Program-made: the position numbers and the translations under genes | NCBI GenBank assembly: GCA_964525455.1 | Contig: CAZGHP010000001.1 | Coordinates: 8,766 to 72,765 of the forward strand | Origin: an uncultured Candidatus Saccharibacteria bacterium | GTDB taxonomy: Bacteria > Patescibacteriota > SICC01 | Direction: 5' to 3' | Length of the DNA stretch: 64,000 nt | Part shown: piece after piece, positions 37,248 to 45,678 of the stretch | How positions within the stretch are numbered: the stretch's first letter is position 1 | How the letters are laid out: each line of letters starts with the position of its first letter | The notes under the pieces: generated by a model | What the model was told of the DNA's origin: nothing | What the model saw: the letters and a program-made list of their open reading frames with translations, nothing else | Databases searched by the model: none

Positions 37248-38162
37248 ATGAATCCGCTTACCGGCACCGATGTCCTGACCGCATCCCAGTTCGGCCCGGA
37301 CCTTTGCTCGCACCTGTTCGCGGAGGCCCGTCGTATGCGGAAAGCCGTGGATGAACATGGCTCGCTCGACCGCTTGGGGTCGAAGGTCCTGATGAATTTG
37401 TTCTATGAACCGTCCACCCGGACGTCCGCTTCATTCGCGGCGGCGATGCTCCGGCTCGGCGGCAAGGTCTTCCCGATCACCGAGATCAGGTCATCGTCGG
37501 TCTCGAAAGGCGAGACACTGGAGGATACGGTGAAGACGCTCGAGCAGTACGCCGACGTGATCGTGCTCCGGCATCCCGAAGCCGGTTCGGCGCAACGGGC
37601 TTCCCAGATCGCCGATATCCCCATCATCAACGCGGGCGACGGCACCGGCGAGCATCCGACCCAAGCGCTGCTCGACCTCTTCACGATCATCGAGGAAAAG
37701 GGCAGCGCCGACGGTCTCACGATCACGCTGCTCGGTGATCTCAAATACGGCCGTACCGTCCACTCGCTGGCCCGGCTGCTCTCGCAATATGACATCCGCC
37801 TGAACCTGGTGTCGCCGAAGTCGTTGGGGCTCCCGCAGGCGGTGCGGGACGACCTCTCCGTGCCGATCGCCGCGCACGAGTCGCTCGCTGCCGTGCTGCC
37901 GGATACCGACGTGCTGTACGTGACGCGCGTGCAGCGGGAGCGGTTCGCTCGGAAGGCCGATTACGATCGGGCGAAAGGCAGCTATGTGGTGAGTCCGGAG
38001 TCGCTCACCGAAGCGAAGGACGATCTTACGGTGATGCATCCGTTGCCACGCGTGGATGAGATCGACGCGCGGATGGATACCGACCCGCGGGCCGCGTACT
38101 TCCGCGAGGTCCGGAACGGATTGTACGTACGGATGGCGCTGCTGGCGCTCGTGTTGGAATGA
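37248..38162 (+). CDS. pyrB: aspartate carbamoyltransferase catalytic subunit
   Basis: STRTS carbamoyl-phosphate motif, HPxQ-like HPTQALLD, and HPLP. Start at the Met at 37248 after a GTGAGG RBS. Confidence 0.92.
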   Translation: MNPLTGTDVLTASQFGPDLCSHLFAEARRMRKAVDEHGSLDRLGSKVLMNLFYEPSTRTSASFAAAMLRLGGKVFPITEIRSSSVSKGETLEDTVKTLEQYADVIVLRHPEAGSAQRASQIADIPIINAGDGTGEHPTQALLDLFTIIEEKGSADGLTITLLGDLKYGRTVHSLARLLSQYDIRLNLVSPKSLGLPQAVRDDLSVPIAAHESLAAVLPDTDVLYVTRVQRERFARKADYDRAKGSYVVSPESLTEAKDDLTVMHPLPRVDEIDARMDTDPRAAYFREVRNGLYVRMALLALVLE

Positions 38163-38878
38163 CCGCCGCTCCGCTGCGACTGGGCAAGTATCTCGCGACG
38201 GCCGGGGTCGCTTCGCGTCGCCGGGCGGTCGAGCTGGTGAAGGCGGGGAAAGTCCGGGTCGCCGGCCGTATCGTGACGGATCCGGCATCCGAAGTGCCGG
38301 CGGGAGCCGCGGTCATGGTCGCTGGAAAAGCCGTTCGGCAGGATCCGCTCCGTTATTATCTCCTTCACAAACCGCTTGGCGTGATCTCGACCGCCGCGGA
38401 CACGCACGGTCGGCAAGCGGTGACGGATTTCGTACCCCGGGGGGTACGGGTGTATCCGGTCGGCCGGCTGGATGCCGACTCTTCCGGCCTGATGCTGCTC
38501 ACCAACGACGGCGAGCTCGCCAACCGCCTGACCCATCCGCGCTACGGCTTGCCGAAGACGTATCGTGCGGTGGTGAAAGGGGCGGTGACGGAGCGGACGC
38601 TTGGGAAGCTGCGCGACGGCGTCCGGCTCCGGGACGGCCGCACGCGTCCGGCGACCGTCCGGCGGCTTGGTGACGTGCCGGGTGGTACGCGTCTTGAGAT
38701 CATCATTCGCGAAGGACGGAACCGCCAAGTCCGGCGGATGGGTGACGCCGTCGGGCATCCGGTCACCACGTTGGTCCGGACGAAGCTCGGCCCGTTATCG
38801 CTGGGGCGGTTGAAACCGGGACAGCACCGGATACTGACCGTCGCCGAGCGTACGGCGCTTCAGGAATCGGCCTCCTGA
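38159..38878 (+). CDS. rluB: pseudouridine synthase, RsuA/RluB family
   Basis: S4 domain RLGKYLATAGVASRR and catalytic GRLDADSSGLMLLTNDG. Confidence 0.88.
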   Translation: MTAAPLRLGKYLATAGVASRRRAVELVKAGKVRVAGRIVTDPASEVPAGAAVMVAGKAVRQDPLRYYLLHKPLGVISTAADTHGRQAVTDFVPRGVRVYPVGRLDADSSGLMLLTNDGELANRLTHPRYGLPKTYRAVVKGAVTERTLGKLRDGVRLRDGRTRPATVRRLGDVPGGTRLEIIIREGRNRQVRRMGDAVGHPVTTLVRTKLGPLSLGRLKPGQHRILTVAERTALQESAS

Positions 38879-39435
38879 CCGTCGCCTATACGCAGTTCGA
38901 TCGTGCCGTCCGGATGTTCGAGGACGGCCCACGGCTTGATACCACGTTGCTCAAGCTGCTTCCCCACCCCTCTTGCTTCGTGGATCAGTTCCTCCCGGCG
39001 CAGGTGACGGTCCAGCGCATGGTCGTTCACTCCCGCCACGATCAACGGCACCTCCGGGTGCATCCGCCAGGCGCTGGAGTTATCAATGACGTAGCAGCCG
39101 TCGGCCGCGAACCGGGGAGCCCACTCGCGGGAAACGTCCGCGCCGGCCGAGAAGAGCGCGATGTCGAAACCCTGGCAGTTTCCTGCGGTGAGTTCCTGCA
39201 CCGTAATCAATTCCTTCCGGAACGCGACCATCGTCCCGGCCGAACGCTCGGAGCCGAAGGGGACCAGTTCCCGGACGGGGAAGTTTCGTGCTTCGAGCTG
39301 GCTCAGCATCTCGATACCCACCAGGCCGGTCGCGCCGACGACCGCCACGCGGTACCCCGCGGGTTCCCGTTCGGGGTTCGGTACGGACCGTGCTGGCTCA
39401 GGTGTCTCTGGCATGAACGGACCAGCATACCGCAA
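38860..39435 (-). pseudogene. asd: aspartate-semialdehyde dehydrogenase N-terminal (NAD-binding) fragment; catalytic/dimerisation half missing
   Basis: VAVVGATGLVG...FSAGADVSREWAPRFAADGCYVIDNSSAWRMHPEVPLIVAGVN matches the Asd N-domain. The frame then diverges and stops after 191 aa with no C-terminal domain, and its 3' end overlaps rluB convergently. Confidence 0.5.
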
Positions 39436-39468
39436 GGACGTGCCGGTCGTGAACCTTCTGACCGTCGC

Positions 39469-39933
39469 TCAGGCCTTCCGGTACCGCCAGGCGAAGGTGA
39501 ATCCGCCGAGGATGAACCCGATCAGGTAGCCGGCGACACCGAGTGAATCGGTCGCCGCGGGTTCGATTAGCCGCATGATGATTTGCACGACGATCACGTA
39601 GGCCGCGATCGAAAACAGAAGCGCCGGTGTGAGCGTGCCGTACTTGCGGATAGTCGGCCAGAGCAGCGCCCAGGCTACGCCGAGAATCGCCCATTCGACG
39701 AAGTGGATTACCGATCCGATCAGCCAATCGGCGCCGAAACCGGGATTCCCGACGGCGTCCGGCCCGAGCACGGCCGCGGAAAGGAACACGCCGAAGTCCG
39801 CCGCGGCACCGCCGCCGAGCGCGCCGATCAGGAGCATCCAGACCCAGACCACCGCCCCGGCATAGACGCCGGTAACCAGTCCCTGGTCGAGCTTGGGCGA
39901 GACCTTCCGTTCGGTCACGTTCACTTGAGGCAT
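39469..39933 (-). CDS. polytopic membrane protein, hypothetical
   Basis: 154 aa with four TM segments. Confidence 0.4.
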   Translation of the reverse strand: MPQVNVTERKVSPKLDQGLVTGVYAGAVVWVWMLLIGALGGGAAADFGVFLSAAVLGPDAVGNPGFGADWLIGSVIHFVEWAILGVAWALLWPTIRKYGTLTPALLFSIAAYVIVVQIIMRLIEPAATDSLGVAGYLIGFILGGFTFAWRYRKA

Positions 39934-39986
39934 GCTTGTATGATAACGCGCCGGGAGCCCATAAGCACGATATAATCGATAGCGAG

Positions 39987-40060
39987 GCCGATGTAGCTCA
40001 GCTGGCCAGAGCAGTCCCTTCGTAAGGGAAAGGTCGGCGGTTCGAATCCGCCCATCGGCT
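39987..40060 (+). tRNA. tRNA-Thr (anticodon CGT)
   Basis: GCCGATG/CATCGGC acceptor, GGTTCGAATCC T-arm, anticodon loop TTCGTAA. Confidence 0.82.
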
Positions 40061-40073
40061 CAAGGAATCCATC

Positions 40074-40754
40074 GTGGAAACGAAGATCAGGAACATCGTC
40101 CGGGCCCAGCGGATCACCGAGCGGGTGTTCGCGGACGTAGTAAAGACGCTGCGGGTCGGCGTGACGGAGCGGGAGCTGGTCGGACTGATCCACGACCGCG
40201 CAAGAGTCCACGGGGCGAGCGGCCTTTCCTTCGACCCGATCGTTGCGGCGGGTAGCAACGCCGCCAATCCGCATCATCTCGTGCCGGCCGCGCGAAAACT
40301 GAAGAAGGGCGAGTTGGTGATGATCGATCTCGGCTGCCGTTTCGGCGGATATTGCGCGGACATGACCCGGATGATCGCCATCGGCCGGCCGAAGCCGGAA
40401 CTGCGGGACGCGCACCGGGTTGTGCTCCGAGCCCAGGAGGCAGCCATCGCGACCGCCCGCGCCGGCATGACCGGCCGCGAACTCGATGCCGTAGCACGGG
40501 ATATCATCGATCGCGCGGGATACGGCTCGCGGTTCATCCACGCGCTGGGTCACGGGATCGGACGGAAGGTGCATCAGCTTCCGCGCATTTCACCCAAGTG
40601 GAACCGACGGCTCAAGGCCGGCGAGGTCATCACGATCGAGCCGGGCATCTACGTGCCGCGTCAGTTCGGCATCCGGATCGAGGACATGTTGCTGATTACC
40701 CCGCGCGGAGCACGTAACCTCACCCGCACACCGAAGCGGCTCGTCGTCATATAA
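40074..40754 (+). CDS. M24 family metallopeptidase catalytic domain (Xaa-Pro peptidase/creatinase-like, lacking the N-terminal domain)
   Basis: Pita-bread fold with metal ligands D..D (MIDLGCRFGGYCADMTR), H (HALGHGIG) and E..E (ITIEPG...IRIED). Confidence 0.8.
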   Translation: METKIRNIVRAQRITERVFADVVKTLRVGVTERELVGLIHDRARVHGASGLSFDPIVAAGSNAANPHHLVPAARKLKKGELVMIDLGCRFGGYCADMTRMIAIGRPKPELRDAHRVVLRAQEAAIATARAGMTGRELDAVARDIIDRAGYGSRFIHALGHGIGRKVHQLPRISPKWNRRLKAGEVITIEPGIYVPRQFGIRIEDMLLITPRGARNLTRTPKRLVVI

Positions 40755-40765
40755 TGGAGCGGTAC

Positions 40766-40836
40766 GCGGGTATCGTATAGTGGCATTACGCGTGCTTCCC
40801 AAGCACGAAAGAGGAGTTCGATTCTCCTTACCCGCT
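40766..40836 (+). tRNA. tRNA-Gly (anticodon CCC)
   Basis: GCGGGTA/TACCCGC acceptor, GAGTTCGATTCTC T-arm, anticodon loop TTCCCAA. Confidence 0.8.
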
Positions 40837-40840
40837 CAAT

Positions 40841-41404
40841 ATGCCCGAGCTAACGTTAAATCCCGAATCCACCGCCCGTGCCGAATACGAATTCTGGCGG
40901 GCGCATGACGATAAGGACCCGAGTCGGCTCCGCTCCGCGCTGGAGCGCTGGACGGGCGAACTGTATGGATTAGAACCGGACGTGTCGGCAGAAGCAGTCG
41001 GGCATCTGTTTGGCGCGGTCGCGGCCCATGATACCCGCGAGTGGGACGCGGCAGTCGAGCACGCCGCGCGATACTATGCGGTCATCGAAAAGCATTCCGG
41101 ACTATCTTTCGATCCGCGCCAGGCGGGGGAGCTTGAGGTAGCTTGGTGGCGCATCCATGACGAACTGGAGCACGAGGCGGACAAAGGGCCATTGGTAGAT
41201 GCGTTCTCCCGGTTGTATGCGGAAGTCTTCGGTGCCCCGGTGGACGCGGTCCGGCAGGCGTGCGAGCTGAAAGCGCAGGCGACCGTGGAGCATGATCGGG
41301 CTGAAGATGATGGGGTGGATCCGGAGCAAGCGGAGCGGCATTGGCACGCTGCCGCGGAGTGCCTCCGCAGCAGCTATACTGCACTGCAGCGTAATTTGAA
41401 TTAG
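40841..41404 (+). CDS. hypothetical acidic helical protein
   Basis: 187-aa ORF directly after the tRNA pair. Confidence 0.35.
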   Translation: MPELTLNPESTARAEYEFWRAHDDKDPSRLRSALERWTGELYGLEPDVSAEAVGHLFGAVAAHDTREWDAAVEHAARYYAVIEKHSGLSFDPRQAGELEVAWWRIHDELEHEADKGPLVDAFSRLYAEVFGAPVDAVRQACELKAQATVEHDRAEDDGVDPEQAERHWHAAAECLRSSYTALQRNLN

Positions 41405-41433
41405 TACTATGGTTAAGCTATTATTGCTTAATC

Positions 41434-41763
41434 ATGGACGCTGAACACCTTCTATACAGTGGACGATACTCCGGGGATCCGGTCGGAGCCTTGTTGGATG
41501 TGGCATCCGCGGAAGGTAAGCATCCCGGTTTACGACTAAGTGCCGTATATCGTTTAAACGATTGGATCGTGGATATACCCGAGGAACGCGAGGAAGCGAT
41601 TACAGCCTTATCTTTGCTTGCCAGAGACGAATCAGATACTTGGATTAGCTCGGCGGCATTGGATTGCTTGGACGCACTATCCAAGTCATCCCGCGCGGCC
41701 AGCGATACCGAACTTAAACGCCTGCTGTCAGAGGCGATCCACGAAGCCAAAACGGCGAAATGA
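41434..41763 (+). CDS. hypothetical helical protein (HEAT-like)
   Basis: 109-aa ORF with slightly lower GC. Confidence 0.3.
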   Translation: MDAEHLLYSGRYSGDPVGALLDVASAEGKHPGLRLSAVYRLNDWIVDIPEEREEAITALSLLARDESDTWISSAALDCLDALSKSSRAASDTELKRLLSEAIHEAKTAK

Positions 41764-41805
41764 CCTCCGCTTGGGGCGCCGGCATTCAGCAGGTAAGCTG
41801 AGCAC

Positions 41806-42318
41806 ATGCCCGCCGATAAGATCAGCACCGACGCCGCCAAGCCCGACAAGCTCTTCTATTTCGTGGCGACGGTCATCCCGTACCGCGCGAGCGACGGACG
41901 CTGCCTGATCCTCAAGCGCGACGAACGGGAGAAGGTGCATCCCGGCAAGTGGGCCGTACCGGGCGGCAAGCTCGAGCACGGCGACCTCGACCTTGCCAAT
42001 CCGCCGCGGATGAACGGCGACGTCGCGGACTTTCCCGGCATGGTGGCGGACCTGCTCCGCCGCGAATCGAAGGAAGAGGCCGGGATCGAGCTTGGCAGTG
42101 ACTTCAAGCTGCTCGGCGATGTAGTCTTCGTGCGGCCGGACGGCATCCCGGTGGTGTTGCTCCAGTTCGGAGCGGACTACGCCGGAGGCGACGTGACGCC
42201 GGAGGAAGGCGCGTTCACCGACCACGCCTGGGTGAACGAGAAGGAAGTCCGCGAGTACGACTGTATCGACGGCATCCACGACGAAGTCGCGCGGACGGTC
42301 GCTTTATTTTCTGCGTGA
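41806..42318 (+). CDS. NUDIX hydrolase (second copy in the window)
   Basis: NUDIX box GGKLEHGDL....RESKEEAGIEL. Confidence 0.8.
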   Translation: MPADKISTDAAKPDKLFYFVATVIPYRASDGRCLILKRDEREKVHPGKWAVPGGKLEHGDLDLANPPRMNGDVADFPGMVADLLRRESKEEAGIELGSDFKLLGDVVFVRPDGIPVVLLQFGADYAGGDVTPEEGAFTDHAWVNEKEVREYDCIDGIHDEVARTVALFSA

Positions 42319-42358
42319 CCTGGTTGCCCGTGCACTACCGCTCCGGTAGCGTAAGTAC

Positions 42359-43831
42359 ATGGAGGCACACGAAAAAGTCGTCGGGGAGGGTTTGACCTAC
42401 GACGACGTCTTGCTGTTGCCCGGGCTCTCTACGGTACGGCCACGGGCGGTGTCCACGGAGACCCGTCTTACCCGGAACATCCGTCTGGCGGTACCGCTGG
42501 TTTCAGCGGCGATGGACACCGTCACCGAGTCCGAACTCGCCATCGCCCTCGCGCGCGAAGGCGGCGTCGGCGTATTACATAAGAACCTCACCGTCGAGCA
42601 ACAAGCGGACGAGGTCCGTAAGGTCAAACGCGCCGAATCCGGCCTGATCCGTGACCCGATCACGCTCACGCCGGACGCGACGGTGAGCGAAGCGCGGGCG
42701 ACCATGGCCCGGCACCGCATCGGCGGCATCCCGATCATCGATGCGGACGGCCGGCTTGCCGGCATCGTGACCGACCGCGACCTTCGCTTCGAGCTGGAGA
42801 ACAACCGCACGCTGGCGAGCATCATGACCACGAAGCTGGTGACCGTACCGGAGGGCACGACGCTACAGGATGCCGAAGGACTGCTCCAGAAGCACAAGAT
42901 CGAGAAGCTTCCCGTAGTTGATGCCAAGCGGAAGCTCAAGGGATTGATCACGTTCAAGGACCTTGAGCAAAAGAAGCACCACCCGACGGCCGCCAAGGAC
43001 CTCCAAGGGCGGCTGATGGCTGGTGCGGCGGTCGGCCTGTCCGCGGATGCCGAGCAGCGCGCGGCCGCGCTCGCCGCCGCCGAGGTCGACTTCATCTCGC
43101 TCGATACCGCACACGGCCACACCGACGCCGTACTCAAGCTGACCGAGAAGCTCAAGTCGAACCATTCGGGACTCGAGGTCATCGTCGGGAACGTCGTGAC
43201 CGCCGCCGCGACCAAGGACCTGATCGCCGCCGGCGCCGATGCCGTGAAGGTCGGCGTGGGACCGGGATCGATTTGTACCACGCGGGTGGTCGCCGGCGTA
43301 GGTGCCCCACAGCTCTCCGCGGTGATGGAATGCGCCGCGGCCGCCGAACGCAGCGGCGTACCGGTGATCGCGGACGGCGGTATCAAGCACACCGGTGACA
43401 TCCCGAAGGCGCTCGTCGCTGGCGCGGGGACGGTGATGATGGGCGGCCTTTTCGCCGGCGTCGAGGAAAGTCCCGGCGAGACGGTCATCTATGAAGGCCG
43501 CAAGTACAAGCAGTATCGCGGCATGGGCTCGCTCGGCGCGATGGAGCAGGGTTCGGCCGACCGTTACTATCAGGACGTCGAGGAGGATATCAAGAAATTG
43601 ATTCCCGAGGGTATCGAAGGCCGCGTGCCCTACAAGGGCCGGTTGGCCGAGACGGTCTACCAGATGATCGGCGGCCTCAAGGCGGCGATGGCATATGTCG
43701 GCGCATCGACCGTGCCGGAACTTCGACAGAAAGGCACGTTCGTGCGGATTACCGCATCGGGTCAGGCCGAGTCGCATCCGCATGACGTGACCATCACCAA
43801 GGAATCGCCGAACTATAGCGGCCGCCGCTGA
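42359..43831 (+). CDS. guaB: inosine-5'-monophosphate dehydrogenase
   Basis: Tandem CBS pair, catalytic loop GVGPGSICTTR, 490 aa. Confidence 0.96.
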   Translation: MEAHEKVVGEGLTYDDVLLLPGLSTVRPRAVSTETRLTRNIRLAVPLVSAAMDTVTESELAIALAREGGVGVLHKNLTVEQQADEVRKVKRAESGLIRDPITLTPDATVSEARATMARHRIGGIPIIDADGRLAGIVTDRDLRFELENNRTLASIMTTKLVTVPEGTTLQDAEGLLQKHKIEKLPVVDAKRKLKGLITFKDLEQKKHHPTAAKDLQGRLMAGAAVGLSADAEQRAAALAAAEVDFISLDTAHGHTDAVLKLTEKLKSNHSGLEVIVGNVVTAAATKDLIAAGADAVKVGVGPGSICTTRVVAGVGAPQLSAVMECAAAAERSGVPVIADGGIKHTGDIPKALVAGAGTVMMGGLFAGVEESPGETVIYEGRKYKQYRGMGSLGAMEQGSADRYYQDVEEDIKKLIPEGIEGRVPYKGRLAETVYQMIGGLKAAMAYVGASTVPELRQKGTFVRITASGQAESHPHDVTITKESPNYSGRR

Positions 43832-43876
43832 CGAATCGGCGAGTTCGCGCCACTGGCGGGTTCGCGCGGTATACTG

Positions 43877-45670
43877 GTGGGCGTGCTGACCCAGCGCCAG
43901 ATCGATCGTTACGTCGAGCATCCCGGATTTACCGATCCGCGGATTTCGGCGAGCGCGACGCGTCGCACCGTCCCGCCCGATATCTGGCGGGCGCTGGAGA
44001 TGGTGCCGGGGTCCATTACCTGGTCAATCTTCATCAGCAGCGTGCTGTTCTCGATCTTCCTGCCGCCGGTCGTCGCCTATGCGATCCTGCTCTTCGACGT
44101 CTACTGGCTGGTCCGTTCGGTCACGCTCTCGACTAACCTGATCCGGGCCTACCGCCGGCTCCGGCGCGATACCCGCGTGGACTGGCAGAGTCGGATCCAG
44201 GCGCTTGAGCGCAGTATCGACACCTACGCCGCCACGCTCCGGCGGGTGATCCGCCGGCTCGACGACGGATGCGAGGGATTCGATCGCTGGCTCTGGCTGC
44301 GCCAGCTCGGCTTCACTAACCGTCGTTTGGCGCAGGACTACCGTGAACTGCGAGAGGAGTTGGAACAGGTCGAGCAGGCGATCGCCGCTCCGGAACCACT
44401 GCCGCGGGCGTCCCGCATTCATCACCTGGTGGTCGTCGCGACGTATACGGAAGACCTGGAGACGTTGCGCCCGAGCTTCCAGGCGCTTGCCGACGCCGCC
44501 TATGACCAGCAGCGGATGATCGTCGTGCTGGCGACCGAAGAGCGGGACAAGACGCGCGCCCGGGCGAACGCGCGGGTGATCCGCCGGGAATTCGGGAAAC
44601 GGTTCAAGCGGCTGATCGTCACTGAACACCCGGCCAACATCACCGGCGAGGTGAAGGGCAAGGGCTCGAACATCACCTGGGCCGGCCGGAAGGCGGTGAA
44701 GGAGATCGACGCGCTCGGTATCCCGCACGAAGAAGTGATCGTGACGACGTTGGACGCCGACCACCGGCCGCATCCGCAGTACTTCGCGGCGTTGACCTAC
44801 CAGTACCTGCTCACGCCGGACCGCCGTTACCGGACGTTCCAGCCCACGCCGCTCTTCCATAACAACCTCTGGCACACGACGGCGATCAACCGCGTGATCG
44901 CCACCGGCTCTTCGTTCTGGCATATGATCGAGTCCACCCGGCCGTACCGGCTGCGCAATTTCGCGGCGCACGCGCAGGGGCTGCAGACGGTCGTGGATAC
45001 GGACTTCTGGTCGGTGGACACGATCGTCGAAGACGGCCAGCAATACTGGCGGACCTATTTCCGCTACGACGGCCGGCACTTCGTGCAGCCGCTCTACGTG
45101 CCGGTCTACCAGGATGCCGTGCTCGGCGATACCTACCCGATGACGCTCAAGGAACAATACCTGCAGCTCCGTCGCTGGGCATGGGGAGCGTCCGACCTCC
45201 CCTACGCGGTGGTCAACGCGGTTCGGAACCGCCGGATCCCTTGGCCGGAGAAAACGCTGCATCTGGCCCGTTTCGTTGAAGGGCACGTGACCTGGGCCGC
45301 CGCACCGATCCTGATCACCTTCGTCGGGTGGCTCCCGATCCTTCTCTCACCGAGCTTCCGGGAGACCCTGTTCGGCCAGACCCTGGCACCGACGGCCAGC
45401 GCCATCCTCACGCTCGCGCTGGCCGGCATCATCGTGACGATCTTCATCTCGATGCTGCTGCTGCCGCCGAAGCCGCCGGGGTACAAGGAACGCCACCGGT
45501 TGATGCATGTCGCGCAATGGATCCTGATGCCGCTGACGACGATCCTGTTCTCGAGCCTGCCCGCGATCGAAAGCCAGACGCGGCTGATCTTCGGCCGGTC
45601 ACTCGACTTCCGTGTCACTCGGAAAGCGAGCCAGGCGCTCCGGCCGATCGCCAAACGGACCAAGGCCTGA
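43877..45670 (+). CDS. membrane-embedded processive GT2 glycosyltransferase (cellulose/chitin/hyaluronan-synthase-like)
   Basis: DAD (DxD) motif, QQYWRTYF, and the QxxRW motif LQLRRWAWG, flanked by TM helices. Confidence 0.78.
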   Translation: MGVLTQRQIDRYVEHPGFTDPRISASATRRTVPPDIWRALEMVPGSITWSIFISSVLFSIFLPPVVAYAILLFDVYWLVRSVTLSTNLIRAYRRLRRDTRVDWQSRIQALERSIDTYAATLRRVIRRLDDGCEGFDRWLWLRQLGFTNRRLAQDYRELREELEQVEQAIAAPEPLPRASRIHHLVVVATYTEDLETLRPSFQALADAAYDQQRMIVVLATEERDKTRARANARVIRREFGKRFKRLIVTEHPANITGEVKGKGSNITWAGRKAVKEIDALGIPHEEVIVTTLDADHRPHPQYFAALTYQYLLTPDRRYRTFQPTPLFHNNLWHTTAINRVIATGSSFWHMIESTRPYRLRNFAAHAQGLQTVVDTDFWSVDTIVEDGQQYWRTYFRYDGRHFVQPLYVPVYQDAVLGDTYPMTLKEQYLQLRRWAWGASDLPYAVVNAVRNRRIPWPEKTLHLARFVEGHVTWAAAPILITFVGWLPILLSPSFRETLFGQTLAPTASAILTLALAGIIVTIFISMLLLPPKPPGYKERHRLMHVAQWILMPLTTILFSSLPAIESQTRLIFGRSLDFRVTRKASQALRPIAKRTKA

Positions 45671-45678
45671 CGCCGGGT

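Noticed and set aside
42397-43921. Two long minus-strand ORFs antisense to guaB
   Set aside because: GC-driven open frames; guaB identification is unambiguous
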